From: Deltaproteobacteria bacterium
GTDB lineage: Bacteria > Desulfobacterota > Binatia > UBA12015
Length of the DNA stretch: 64,000 nucleotides
Direction of reading: 5' to 3'
Assembly (NCBI GenBank): GCA_046583355.1
Contig: JAYGCM010000009.1
Span: 44,101 to 108,100 of the forward strand
The translations under genes and the position numbers were made by a program. Positions 8,413-17,764 of the stretch are shown here, piece after piece. Below the pieces are notes generated by a model, which worked only from the letters and a program-made list of their open reading frames with translations, was not told where the DNA came from and ran no database searches. The first letter of the stretch is position 1. Each line of letters starts with the position of its first letter.

Positions 8413-9672
8413 ATGAAAAACTATTTGTCTATTCTACTGCTCGCGGCAATGGTGATGGGTTGCGCGGCAAGGCGCGCCCCTTCGACTGAAAACACCGGCG
8501 AGCCCTGGGCCTCCCTGCGCGCCATGGGCGACTCCCTGCATCAGGCGGCTGCCGTGGGCGAGAAGGCCCGCGCCGCCGGCAGCGACCGCGAAAACGCCGC
8601 GGGCGGGCGCTACCTCGCCGAGATCACTCTGCAACAGCTACGCCGGGCGGTGTTCTCGGACCCCGACCACCCGGTGTTCCGGCCAAGCTGGCCCGAGTCG
8701 GCCCATACCGGGCTGGTCAACCCTGACAACCTCTACGAGACCACCTCGATTCGACCGGGTGTCGACTATCTTGTGCGGGGAACGCGCGGCTCGACTGCCG
8801 ACCTCGTATTCCAGGTCTATGAGAGTAGCCCGGGGCTCAAGGGGAGCCTGCGCGGGGTCTCCACGCTGACCCTGGACGACCTCCATATTGCCGATGATGG
8901 CAGCTTCGAGATCCGCGTCGGGCCGACCCGGCACGAGAAGAACTGGCTACTCACCGACGCCACCTCCGGCATGCTGCTGATCCGCTGGTCGCATTCCGAT
9001 TGGGCCACAGAGCGCGCCGGTCGGGTAGAGATCCTGCCCGTACTCGGTGCCGGGGGCGGCTCCGCAGATCTCGCTGTGGCAGACATCGCGGGCGGGCTGC
9101 GCGATGCCGGCAACGCGGTTCCCGATGTCGGTCAATTTTGGCTGGATTTCGCCAGCAAGATCCGTTTCTTTACGGGCAAGAACGAAGTCATGAAACCGCG
9201 CATCACGGGCAGCGGTGGTCTGGAAGGCCAGGTCTCGGCGATGGGTCAATTCTCGCTTGCCGAAGACGAGGCCCTGATCCTCACCGTCCCCGCGACTGAC
9301 GCGCCCTACCAGGGCGTGCAACTCGGGAATTATTGGTTCGACGCTCTCGAATGGGCCAATCGGCAGACCAGCCTCTCCGGCGGACAGGCGCGTCTGGGCA
9401 GCGACGGGCGCTACCATTATGTGATCGCGGCAACGGACCCGCTTGTCGCCAATTGGCTCGACACGACCGGGCTGCCCGAAGGCCTATTTTTCCTTCGCTT
9501 CCAGGGACTCCGGACTCCCATCGCTGACGACCAGATGCCAACAACCAAACTCATCAAGCTCACCGAAGTCGTGGCTCATCTGCCCGCCGGTACGCCGAGA
9601 TTTGACGCCGCGGCACGCCGCGAGCAGCTTGCCACGCGCCAGATCCAATTACAGCGCCGCTACGGCCGCTGA
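8413..9672 (+). CDS. DUF1214-type lipoprotein
   Basis: Lipobox-like VMGC; GLVNPDNLY, DGSFEI, YVIAATDP...NWLDTTG. Confidence 0.75.
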   Translation: MKNYLSILLLAAMVMGCAARRAPSTENTGEPWASLRAMGDSLHQAAAVGEKARAAGSDRENAAGGRYLAEITLQQLRRAVFSDPDHPVFRPSWPESAHTGLVNPDNLYETTSIRPGVDYLVRGTRGSTADLVFQVYESSPGLKGSLRGVSTLTLDDLHIADDGSFEIRVGPTRHEKNWLLTDATSGMLLIRWSHSDWATERAGRVEILPVLGAGGGSADLAVADIAGGLRDAGNAVPDVGQFWLDFASKIRFFTGKNEVMKPRITGSGGLEGQVSAMGQFSLAEDEALILTVPATDAPYQGVQLGNYWFDALEWANRQTSLSGGQARLGSDGRYHYVIAATDPLVANWLDTTGLPEGLFFLRFQGLRTPIADDQMPTTKLIKLTEVVAHLPAGTPRFDAAARREQLATRQIQLQRRYGR

Positions 9673-9690
9673 GCCCAAGGAAGAACCGAG

Positions 9691-10665
9691 ATGGAAGAGA
9701 CGCAGAGATTTCGTGACCAGAATGTGACCTTGGCGGGAATTCCCGGCGAGAACGTCGAGATTCCCAGCGCCAACCCGGTGAATTTTCATCAAGCCATGGC
9801 CGAGCCGGATGCCGCGCCCGGGATCGTCGTCGACGGAAAATTCTTCCTGCCCGCGGGGACCGGGCCCTTCCCGCTGATCCTGATCGTGCCAGGCAGCCTC
9901 GGCGTCGGCCCCAACCACCTCGCGCATGCGGAGACCTTGCTCGGCGAGGGCTTCGCCGTCTTCGTCCTTGACCCATTCGGCCAGCGCGCGATCGAGTCGA
10001 CGATAGCCAACCAGACCCAATATTCGTTTGCTGCCAGCGCCTTTGATGTGCTCGCGGCGCTGCGCGTGCTGGGCGAGCATGCCGCAATCGACGCCACTCG
10101 CATTGCCGCGCAGGGCCACAGCCGCGGCGGCTCGGCCATCTTGATGGCATCCATGCGACGCTTTGCCGACGCGATCCTTGGCGAAGGCAAGGGGCTCGTG
10201 GCTGCCTACGCTGCCTACCCCTGGTGCGGCCAGCAATTCCGCGACGCGCGCGTCGGCACCACACGCATCCGTGCCATCGTCGGTGACCGGGATGATTGGG
10301 TCTCGATCCAGCAGATGCAGGCCCAGATCCATGCGATCACGCTATCCGGCGGTGCCGCATCCGACAGGATCGTCACCGGTGCCGCGCATAGCTTCGATCG
10401 TCTCGGCGCAATCGAGAAGCTCGCCGACGCCATGGTCGCGCCGACCGCGCCCACGATCTTTCTCAACGACGACGGCGCAATGACCAACCCCTTCACCGGT
10501 GTCGCCGACGCAAACACTACCGATTACGACCTCTTCGTCGCCGGTGCGAAGGCCGGCTTCGGCCGCAGCGGCGCCCATTACGGGGGCCAGGGCGACCAAC
10601 CCGCCCTCTTCAAAGCCGATATGCTCGCCTTCCACCGCCCGACACTCACCGCCCACCGCAGCTAG
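9691..10665 (+). CDS. Dienelactone hydrolase-like alpha/beta hydrolase
   Basis: GHSRGG nucleophile elbow, GDRDDW, GAAHSFD. Confidence 0.8.
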   Translation: MEETQRFRDQNVTLAGIPGENVEIPSANPVNFHQAMAEPDAAPGIVVDGKFFLPAGTGPFPLILIVPGSLGVGPNHLAHAETLLGEGFAVFVLDPFGQRAIESTIANQTQYSFAASAFDVLAALRVLGEHAAIDATRIAAQGHSRGGSAILMASMRRFADAILGEGKGLVAAYAAYPWCGQQFRDARVGTTRIRAIVGDRDDWVSIQQMQAQIHAITLSGGAASDRIVTGAAHSFDRLGAIEKLADAMVAPTAPTIFLNDDGAMTNPFTGVADANTTDYDLFVAGAKAGFGRSGAHYGGQGDQPALFKADMLAFHRPTLTAHRS

Positions 10666-10761
10666 ATCGTTCCAACATAGGCAAGGGGCGGGGCCGACTG
10701 AGTCGATCACCAAGCCGCCGCTGGCTCATAAATGCCTCTTGCGGTTAGACTCTTCTTCGAG

Positions 10762-11379
10762 ATGAAACTCTATACCTTTGATGGCGCGCCGAACCCCCGA
10801 CGGGTGCAAATCTTTCTTGCAGAGAAGGGAATCGAGATTCCCACCGAGCAAGTCAATATCATGAAAGGCGAGAGCCGGAAGCCCGAGTTCCGCGAGCGCG
10901 TAAACCTGATGGGCGGGCTTCCTGTACTGGAACTCGACGACGGCTCTCATATCGCTGAGTCGATCGCCATCTGCCGCTACCTTGAGGCCTGCCATCCCGA
11001 ACCGGCGCTCTTCGGCGGCAATGCGCGGGAGCAAGCACATGTCGAGATGTGGACCCGCCGAATCGAGTTCAACTTCATGGTGCCGGTCGGCCTGGTTTGG
11101 ATTCACGGCTCGCCGCTGACCAAGGCCGTAGTCAAAAGCCAAATCCCCGAGGTAGCGGAGCAGAACCGCGACACCGTGCGAAACTATTTCCAGTTCCTCG
11201 ACCGCCATCTTGAGCAGCATGAGTTCCTCGCAGGCAGCAGCTTCTCGGTGGCCGATATCACCGCCTTCTGCACGCTCGAGTTCGCCGCCAACCTCAACGA
11301 TCTACCCCATACGAGCGAGCAGAAGCACCTATCACGCTGGGCCACCGCCCTGGCCGCCCGCCCCAGCATCGCCTCGTAA
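10762..11379 (+). CDS. Glutathione S-transferase
   Basis: MKLY..APNPRRV.IFLAEKG, PVLELDDG..IAESIAICRYLE, FSVADIT. Confidence 0.92.
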   Translation: MKLYTFDGAPNPRRVQIFLAEKGIEIPTEQVNIMKGESRKPEFRERVNLMGGLPVLELDDGSHIAESIAICRYLEACHPEPALFGGNAREQAHVEMWTRRIEFNFMVPVGLVWIHGSPLTKAVVKSQIPEVAEQNRDTVRNYFQFLDRHLEQHEFLAGSSFSVADITAFCTLEFAANLNDLPHTSEQKHLSRWATALAARPSIAS

Positions 11380-11400
11380 CCAGCAAAGACCGCAGCCTGG

Positions 11401-11503
11401 AGGCAAGGCTCGCCAGGCGATTAGCCGGTGGCGGAACAACCGAGCCGACGCGCACTCTTGGGGTGAGCAAATAGCGCCGGCGGCTTTTCGGCCGGGCCTC
11501 CAG
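11401..11503. mobile_element. Short inverted-repeat (MITE/REP-like) element copy
   Basis: Right end CTTTTCGGCCGGGCCT (11484-11499) then CCAG; exact reverse complement of the 17643 left end; left end degenerate. Confidence 0.5.
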
Positions 11504-11548
11504 AGGCGGCAGGTTCCCGCTTGCGCTCTTCTTCGTTAGGCTGAGAGC

Positions 11549-12442
11549 ATGGCTGGAATTGCGGTTCCCATTTCATTGGCGAGTGCTGGTGATGTCGATT
11601 CGGCTCTTGCGCTGGGCGTGCGGGCCGCCGGGGGTGGTGCGGACCTGATTGAATGGCGGGTCGATAGGCTGGCGTCCGAAGATGCGGGGCCGGCTGCGGT
11701 CGAGCGTCTGGTGCGTGAAGGCGCGTTGCCGGCCATCGTCACTTGTCGTGCCGCCGACGAAGGGGGTGCCTTTACCGGCACCGAGGGCGAGCGGGTCGGC
11801 CTGCTCGACCACCTATTGGTCGCGGGCGCGATCCCGGCCTATGTCGATGTGGAATACGGCCGCTGGATTGCCAGCAGCGATCTGGCCGATGCCACCTCTG
11901 GCTTGCGCGTCAAGGGAACGAAAATCATTCTCTCGGCACATGATTTCAGCGGCCGGCCTGAGAAGCTCGACGATATCTTTCTTCGCATCGACGAAGCGCC
12001 GGGAAGTGACGTCACCAAAGTCGCATGGCGGGCTGAGTCCGTACTCGACTCGCTGGAATGTGCCGCCAGGCTCCAGCAGCGGCGACGCGAGACGATCGTC
12101 CTCTGCATGGGTGAGCCGGGGCTGCTGACGCGCGTCTTCGCCGGCCTTTGGGGTGGGCTGCTTACCTTTGCGGCACTGGAGGCCGGCCAGGGCTCGGCGC
12201 CCGGACAGCCGACACTCAAAGAATTGCGCGAAACCTACCGCATCGCTGAGATCGACGGCGACACGGAATTGCATCCGATTTTCGGCGACGCAAGCGAGGC
12301 GCGGGCGGCCAATGCCGCGTTGCGCCGCGAGGGGCGCAACGCCGTCGCCCTACCCTTGGGCAAGCTGCCGATGCATCAGCAGTCGGCCATCCGGGAAGCG
12401 CTCGCGAACTCCCCCTTCGTGCGCCTGACCGCGACGGGCTAG
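11549..12442 (+). CDS. aroD: Type I 3-dehydroquinate dehydratase with vestigial shikimate-dehydrogenase-like tail
   Basis: ADLIEWRVD, IVTCR..EGG, YVDVEY, ILSAHDF, DVTKVA, CMGEPG..TR, SAPGQ. Confidence 0.85.
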   Translation: MAGIAVPISLASAGDVDSALALGVRAAGGGADLIEWRVDRLASEDAGPAAVERLVREGALPAIVTCRAADEGGAFTGTEGERVGLLDHLLVAGAIPAYVDVEYGRWIASSDLADATSGLRVKGTKIILSAHDFSGRPEKLDDIFLRIDEAPGSDVTKVAWRAESVLDSLECAARLQQRRRETIVLCMGEPGLLTRVFAGLWGGLLTFAALEAGQGSAPGQPTLKELRETYRIAEIDGDTELHPIFGDASEARAANAALRREGRNAVALPLGKLPMHQQSAIREALANSPFVRLTATG

Positions 12443-12539
12443 AGGCCCGACCGAAAAGTAGGTCTGCATCCGGGCGCCGCTTGCGGCCGCTGGACAGCGT
12501 CGCGCTCTCTGTGCAAAACCCTACCTTTCGGCCGGGCCT
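12443..12539. mobile_element. 97-bp MITE/REP-like element with 20-bp terminal inverted repeats
   Basis: AGGCCCGACCGAAAAGTAGG (12443-12462) vs reverse complement of 12520-12539, 18/20 match; starts right after the aroD CTAG stop. Confidence 0.65.
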
Positions 12540-12564
12540 TCGGACCGCACGCGGCAGCGTCGCG

Positions 12565-13398
12565 TCAGAGCAGGCGCGCGTATTCGTCCAGCACCGGCAG
12601 CACCTCGTCGCGCCCGCCACACGGCAGGCGCAGGACGACTTCGGTGCAGCCGAGCTCGCGGTAATAATCGAGCTTGCCGGGACTCGGATAGACGCCCATG
12701 GGTACGAGATGCAGACTCTTCGGGTCGCGGCCGCGTTCTTCCATCCGCGCGTGGAGTTCGGGCATGGCCTCCTGCAGGCCGGCACCACCGATGGGAATCC
12801 AGCCGTCAGCGTATTCGGCGATATGGGCGAAGAGAATCGGGCCCGGCGCGCCGCCGATCAACACGCGGGGGCGCGGCTGCTGGATGGGCTTCGGCCATTG
12901 CCAGCTCTCGGTAAAAGAATAAAATTCACCCGCGAAGGCCGCGCGTTCGTTGGCCCAGAGCATCTGCATCGCCAACATGGCCTCGCGTACGCGCTTGCGG
13001 CGGCGGCGCACGTCGATGCCGTGGTTCTCCATCTCCTCGTGGTTCCAGCCGTAACCGATGCCGAAAACGAAGCGGCCCCCGGCAAGATGGTCGAGGGTGG
13101 CGAGTTGCTTGGCAAAGGTGATCGGGTCGTGTTGGGCCGGCAGGCCGATACCCGTGCCGAGAAGAATTTTCTCCGTGACTGAGGCCGCGGCGGCCAGTGC
13201 GATATAGGGGTCCAAGCTGCGCAGATATTCATCGCCAAGCACCTTATCGCCGGTCGGCGCAGGGGTGCGGCGGCTGGTCGGGATATGGGTATGCTCGGGA
13301 ATGTAGAGCGAATAAAATCCGCGTGCTTCGGCTTCGCGCGCGACCTCCACGACGTTCATGCAGGTATCGGTTGCGTGCAAGGTGACGCCGATTTTCAT
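12565..13398 (-). CDS. LLM-class F420-dependent oxidoreductase
   Basis: AEARGF.SLYIPEHTHIP, DPYIALAAAA, AKQLATLDHL.GGRF.FGIGYGWN. Confidence 0.88.
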   Translation of the reverse strand: MKIGVTLHATDTCMNVVEVAREAEARGFYSLYIPEHTHIPTSRRTPAPTGDKVLGDEYLRSLDPYIALAAAASVTEKILLGTGIGLPAQHDPITFAKQLATLDHLAGGRFVFGIGYGWNHEEMENHGIDVRRRRKRVREAMLAMQMLWANERAAFAGEFYSFTESWQWPKPIQQPRPRVLIGGAPGPILFAHIAEYADGWIPIGGAGLQEAMPELHARMEERGRDPKSLHLVPMGVYPSPGKLDYYRELGCTEVVLRLPCGGRDEVLPVLDEYARLL

Positions 13399-13910
13399 TT
13401 TGGCTCCTTGCGTGCCCAGCCCGATTCAAAGGGCGCGAACATCACCGTCTCGAGCGCCATCGCGCTATGCAGCCATACGCCGCCGACGCGCTCGTAGGAA
13501 TCGGTCTCCACGCCTGCCATCCAGCGCTGCGAGCCGTCGGCCAGGGTGCAGGGTGCGAAAATATCCCAGACCCCGGTGGCCCGATCTCCTTGGACCTCGA
13601 TGCGCGGCTTCAGGAAAAAATGCCAGGCCCAGAGTACGCTTGGATTGGCCAGACGCGCGCAGATGGCCTCGCGGCCACGGCAGATACCAAGTGTCGGGCC
13701 GCCATCCCAGACGCCGTCCTCGGTGAAAAGCAGCGAGATCTGCTGCGCAATACGCCCCACTTCCGCAGGCTCGCGCAGGCCACCGCCGCGGCGGTGGCGG
13801 GAGTCGACCAAGGCGCCGTACTCGGCCTTCAGACGCTGGATCGCGAGCACACTCTCGCTCGCATCGAGACGTGCCTCCAGCCGTGCGATTCGTTCTTCGA
13901 GTTCCATCAT
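13395..13910 (-). CDS. SnoaL-like/NTF2 family protein
   Basis: AIQRLKAEY, LFTEDGVWD, HFFLKPRIEVQGDRATGVW, DSYERVGGVW. Confidence 0.85.
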   Translation of the reverse strand: MMELEERIARLEARLDASESVLAIQRLKAEYGALVDSRHRRGGGLREPAEVGRIAQQISLLFTEDGVWDGGPTLGICRGREAICARLANPSVLWAWHFFLKPRIEVQGDRATGVWDIFAPCTLADGSQRWMAGVETDSYERVGGVWLHSAMALETVMFAPFESGWARKEPK

Positions 13911-14102
13911 AATCGATTCCGGCAGACAGCCATTGCCCGCCTGCCGAGGCAAGGCCGCCGCCTTCCACCTCGCCCATAACTCGCGACGAGCCTCAAGGGG
14001 CGAGAAGAAAAGCGCATGTGCCACGACCCCCGCCCCCACTTCCCTTCCCGCACAAGGTTGCTAAAGAGAATTCGAATTACCCATTTTTCAGGAGACATTA
14101 TC

Positions 14103-15221
14103 GTGCATACAAACCTTTGCGATCAGCTGGGAATCGACCTTCCCATTTTTGCGTTTACACATTGTCGCGACGTGGTTGTCGCCGTCAGCAAGGCGGGCGG
14201 CATCGGTGTGCTCGGCGCCGTCGGCTTCACTCCCGAACAGCTCAAAGTCGAATGCGATTGGATCGACGAGCATATCGGCGACCGCCCCTACGGCATCGAT
14301 ATTGTCATTCCGGGAAAATACGAGGGCATGGACGAACTCGACCCGGAAAAACTCGAGGAGCATCTGCGCTCGATGATTCCCGAGCAGCACCGCGCCTTCG
14401 CGAAGAAAGTCTATGCCGACCAGGGCATCCCCGAGATGCCCCCGGAAGAAAAGCACCATGAACTCCTCGGCTGGACGGCCGCGACGGCCTCACCGCAGGT
14501 CGACGAGGCTCTGCGCCACCCCAAGGTGAAACTCATCGCCAATGCGCTCGGCACGCCACCGGCCAATGTCATCGAGCAGGTCCATGCGGCCGGACGCCTG
14601 ATCGCCGCACTCTGCGGCAGCCCGGGCCAAGCCCTCAAGCACAAAGACGCCGGACTCGATATCATCATTGCCCAGGGCACCGAGGGCGGCGGACATACCG
14701 GCGAGGTCGGTAGCCTGGTGCTCTGGCCGCAGGTGATAGACGCCGTGGCGCCGACACCCATGCTCGCCGCCGGCGGCATCGGCACGGGCCGGCAGATTGC
14801 GGCCGCGATGGCGCTTGGCGCTGCCGGTGTCTGGACGGGCTCGCTTTGGCTCGCAGTCGAAGAGGCCGAGGCCTCCGACGCGCAGAAGCAGAGCTATTTC
14901 GATGCCACCAGCCGCGATACCGTGCGCTCGCGCTCGTTTACCGGCAAGCCGTGCCGCATGTTGAAAAATGAGTGGACCGAAGCCTGGGAGAACCCCGAGA
15001 ACCCGGACCCTCTCGGCATGCCGCTGCAAGGCATGGTCACGATGGACGCCGTGCAGCGCTCGCATCGCTACGCCGACGTCGCACAGAAGGTCGCCTTCAA
15101 CCCCGTCGGCCAGGTCGTTGGCATCATCAACGAGAGCGAATCCGTGCGCCAGCTGATGCAGCGCCTCTCCGAGGAGTACCTGTCGGCCATCGACCGGCTG
15201 GAGTCCTTGCAACCGCAGTAG
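14103..15221 (+). CDS. Nitronate monooxygenase/FabK-like flavoprotein
   Basis: GGAG RBS + [33 protein letters not shown]. Confidence 0.88.
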   Translation: MHTNLCDQLGIDLPIFAFTHCRDVVVAVSKAGGIGVLGAVGFTPEQLKVECDWIDEHIGDRPYGIDIVIPGKYEGMDELDPEKLEEHLRSMIPEQHRAFAKKVYADQGIPEMPPEEKHHELLGWTAATASPQVDEALRHPKVKLIANALGTPPANVIEQVHAAGRLIAALCGSPGQALKHKDAGLDIIIAQGTEGGGHTGEVGSLVLWPQVIDAVAPTPMLAAGGIGTGRQIAAAMALGAAGVWTGSLWLAVEEAEASDAQKQSYFDATSRDTVRSRSFTGKPCRMLKNEWTEAWENPENPDPLGMPLQGMVTMDAVQRSHRYADVAQKVAFNPVGQVVGIINESESVRQLMQRLSEEYLSAIDRLESLQPQ

Positions 15222-15241
15222 CCTTCCCGCAGCATCGGCAT

Positions 15242-15937
15242 ATGAACGATCCGCTCTCTCGCCTGCTCGGCGCCCTCAACTCGACGGCGTCGGGCGGCCA
15301 GATCCCCGCCGCCGCCGACGCACTTGCCGGCCGCGAAGAGTCGGTGCCGGTGCCGGCGCAGCATTTCGTACTCGGCACCCCGCTGGCGCCGCCCTTCCGC
15401 GAAGGCCTCGAAGAGATCGTCGTCGGCATGGGCTGCTTCTGGGGCGCCGAGAAATGCTTCTGGACACAGCCGGGCGTCTTCACCACGGCCGTCGGCTACG
15501 CCGCAGGCCATACCAAGAACCCCAGTTACGAAGAGGTCTGCAGCGGGCGCACCGGCCACAACGAGGTGGTGCTCGTGGTGTATGACCCCGCCATCGTCGC
15601 AACCGAGGAACTCCTGCAGATCTTCTGGGAAGCACACGACCCCACCCAGGGAATGCGCCAGGGCAACGATATGGGCACGCAATACCGCTCGGGCATCTAC
15701 ACCACGACGGCGGCGCAGGAAGAAGCCGCCATGGCCTCGAGCAAGCGCTACGAGGCGGCGCTGCAAGAATCCGGACGCGGCGCGATCACCACGGAAATCG
15801 TCGCCGCCGGCCCCTTCTACTACGCCGAAGAATACCACCAGCAATACCTGGCCAAGAACCCGCAAGGCTATTGCGGCCTCGGCGGCACGGGAGTGCGCTG
15901 CCCCTCCACAGGCGGCGATGGCTCACAAACAGGCTAG
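15242..15937 (+). CDS. msrA: Peptide-methionine (S)-S-oxide reductase
   Basis: [46 protein letters not shown]. Confidence 0.97.
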   Translation: MNDPLSRLLGALNSTASGGQIPAAADALAGREESVPVPAQHFVLGTPLAPPFREGLEEIVVGMGCFWGAEKCFWTQPGVFTTAVGYAAGHTKNPSYEEVCSGRTGHNEVVLVVYDPAIVATEELLQIFWEAHDPTQGMRQGNDMGTQYRSGIYTTTAAQEEAAMASSKRYEAALQESGRGAITTEIVAAGPFYYAEEYHQQYLAKNPQGYCGLGGTGVRCPSTGGDGSQTG

Positions 15938-16211
15938 AGGCCCGGCCCGTGGCATCCCATCCGGGGACTGTCTCCAGGTGGCTGCCGCGCACGAATCGAT
16001 GCGCGCCGGCGCCCTCCTCGGTTTCATGAAGGTGGATGAAGGCCTTCACCATGGTCGTGGCATTGCCGTCGACATGGAATTGTTCGGTGTCGAACAGGGG
16101 TAGATCGTTGACGAAACTGCGGGTCAGCTTCACAAAGCCGAGCAACGGCGGGCAACCCAGGTAGGCGCCGACAAGCTCCAGCAGCGCCGGGGAAAACGCG
16201 CCGGCCGGCGC
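15938..16211 (-). pseudogene. Internal fragment of a PhyH-like Fe(II)/2-oxoglutarate dioxygenase
   Basis: AFSPALLELVGAYLGCPP...QFHVDGN..VKAFIHL...RFVRGSH; HxD motif present, no plausible start, C-terminal part missing. Confidence 0.6.
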
Positions 16212-16850
16212 CTACGCGGTCGATGCGCGCGGTCGCTTGTCAAAACGGCCAAGAATCTGACTCGCGTGGCAGGAATCAAAGCATCTTGCTTTGGCCGAGC
16301 GTGGCCGCCCGGCAACGAATTCGAGGCGAGAATCCTGAAAACCGTCGAGTTCCAGCAGTATTTCGAGCACTTCGAGCACGCTCGCGCTGGCGCCCGCGCA
16401 GACGGGCCCAGGACGCAGGCGGTTGGCCGCAGAAGAATTCCTCCTCGCGCAGCGGCTCCAGACTCTCCGGGTAGCCCGTGGTGGTGCTGATCCAGACCAC
16501 GCGAGCAATGCCTTGGCGCCACGATTCAGCAAAAACTTCTTGTGTAATCGCTATATTACGGCGAATCCGGCCCAGCGGATCACGGGCCAGAACCGGCGCA
16601 CTCGCCACCTCACCGGCGGCGTGCACAACGACATCGACACCCTCCATGCAATCGGCCAGCGCCCCGGCACAGGTCAGATCGACATGGCGCACCTCGACAT
16701 TGGCACCGCCCACGGTGACGTGCGACGCCGCGAGCCGGCGCGCACCTCAACTCCCGGCACAGCGACCAGGGGTCGGAGAAGGTGCGAGCCAATCAGTCCG
16801 GAGGCACCCAGGAGCAGATAGCGGCCCGGCGTAACGGGCACTCGATCCAT
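16212..16850 (-). pseudogene. Frameshifted, internally deleted NAD-dependent epimerase/dehydratase (GDP-fucose synthase-like)
   Basis: LLGASGLIGSHL from ATG 16850; shift near 16715 to DLT..VDVVVHAAG..WISTTTGYP; shift near 16400 to SVLEVLEIL..RCFD; YxxxK region absent. Confidence 0.7.
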
Positions 16851-16977
16851 ACCGATGCGATGGTCGACCGCGAATGGCTTTTCAATAGGCCCGCCGCGCC
16901 GATTGCGAAATTTCCCTATTTATTCACTCGCAAGCGCATGTTACCCCTTGAGGGGTTGAAGTCATTCAAGGAGAACC

Positions 16978-17634
16978 ATGCACAGACCCCGCGGTAGGCG
17001 TTTTCTTCCCGTTCGCCCCGAGGAATCCAATCGCATCAACCGCCAGATCCGTGTGCCTGAGGTTCGCCTCGTTGGTGCCGATGGCGAACAACTCGGGGTA
17101 GTCGATACCCCAGAGGCGTTTCGCTTGGCGCAAGAGGCCGGACTCGACCTGGTTGAGGTAGCCGCTACCGCGCGCCCGCCAGTTTGTCGCATGATGGATT
17201 ACGGCAAATTCCGCTACGCCAAACAGAAAAAAGAAGCCGAAGCCAAGAAGAAGCAGCATACCACTCAGGTAAAAGAACTGCGGGTTCGGCCCGGCACGGA
17301 CGCACATGATCTGCTGCGCCAAACGCGCAAGGCACAAGAATTTCTCGAAGACGGCCAGCGCGTCAAATTCACGCTGCGCTTCCGTGGCCGCGAAATGGCC
17401 CACCAGATCCTCGGCAAACAGAAACTCCTCAGTGTAGCCGCAGCCCTCACCGAGGTCGGCTTCGTCGAACTCGCGCCGCGCACCGAAGGCCGCATCATGC
17501 ATCTCGTGATGGCGCCCGGACAGCGCAAGCAAAAGGGCGAGAAGGTTGCGAAGAAACCCGCCGCGCCGAGCAAGACCGCCGCGCCGAGCAAGACCGCCAC
17601 GCCGAGCAAGACCACCACGGCACCGGCCAGCTGA
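16978..17634 (+). CDS. infC: Translation initiation factor IF-3 with C-terminal repeat extension
   Basis: RINRQIRVPEVRLV, LDLVEV, PPVCRMMDYGKFRY, VKELRVRP, LRFRGRE. Confidence 0.97.
   Translation: MHRPRGRRFLPVRPEESNRINRQIRVPEVRLVGADGEQLGVVDTPEAFRLAQEAGLDLVEVAATARPPVCRMMDYGKFRYAKQKKEAEAKKKQHTTQVKELRVRPGTDAHDLLRQTRKAQEFLEDGQRVKFTLRFRGREMAHQILGKQKLLSVAAALTEVGFVELAPRTEGRIMHLVMAPGQRKQKGEKVAKKPAAPSKTAAPSKTATPSKTTTAPAS
17560..17613 (+). repeat. Three 18-bp coding tandem repeats GCC(G/A)CGCCGAGCAAGACC
   Basis: Read directly; encodes AAPSKT-AAPSKT-ATPSKT. Confidence 0.9.
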
Positions 17635-17642
17635 GACTCCAG

Positions 17643-17693
17643 AGGCCCGGCCGAAAAGCGACGCGAATGCCGCCTGACTTTTCAGCCACGCCT
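17643..17693. mobile_element. 51-bp MITE/REP-like copy flanked by CCAG direct repeats
   Basis: CCAG|AGGCCCGGCCGAAAAG...CTTTTCAGCCACGCCT|CCAG; ends match 13/16. Confidence 0.6.
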
Positions 17694-17764
17694 CCAGGTC
17701 CAGCGGAACTCGAGTTCTCCGGCGATGGACCTTTGCGCTGGCTTCGGCCAGACTCGCCGGCGTG

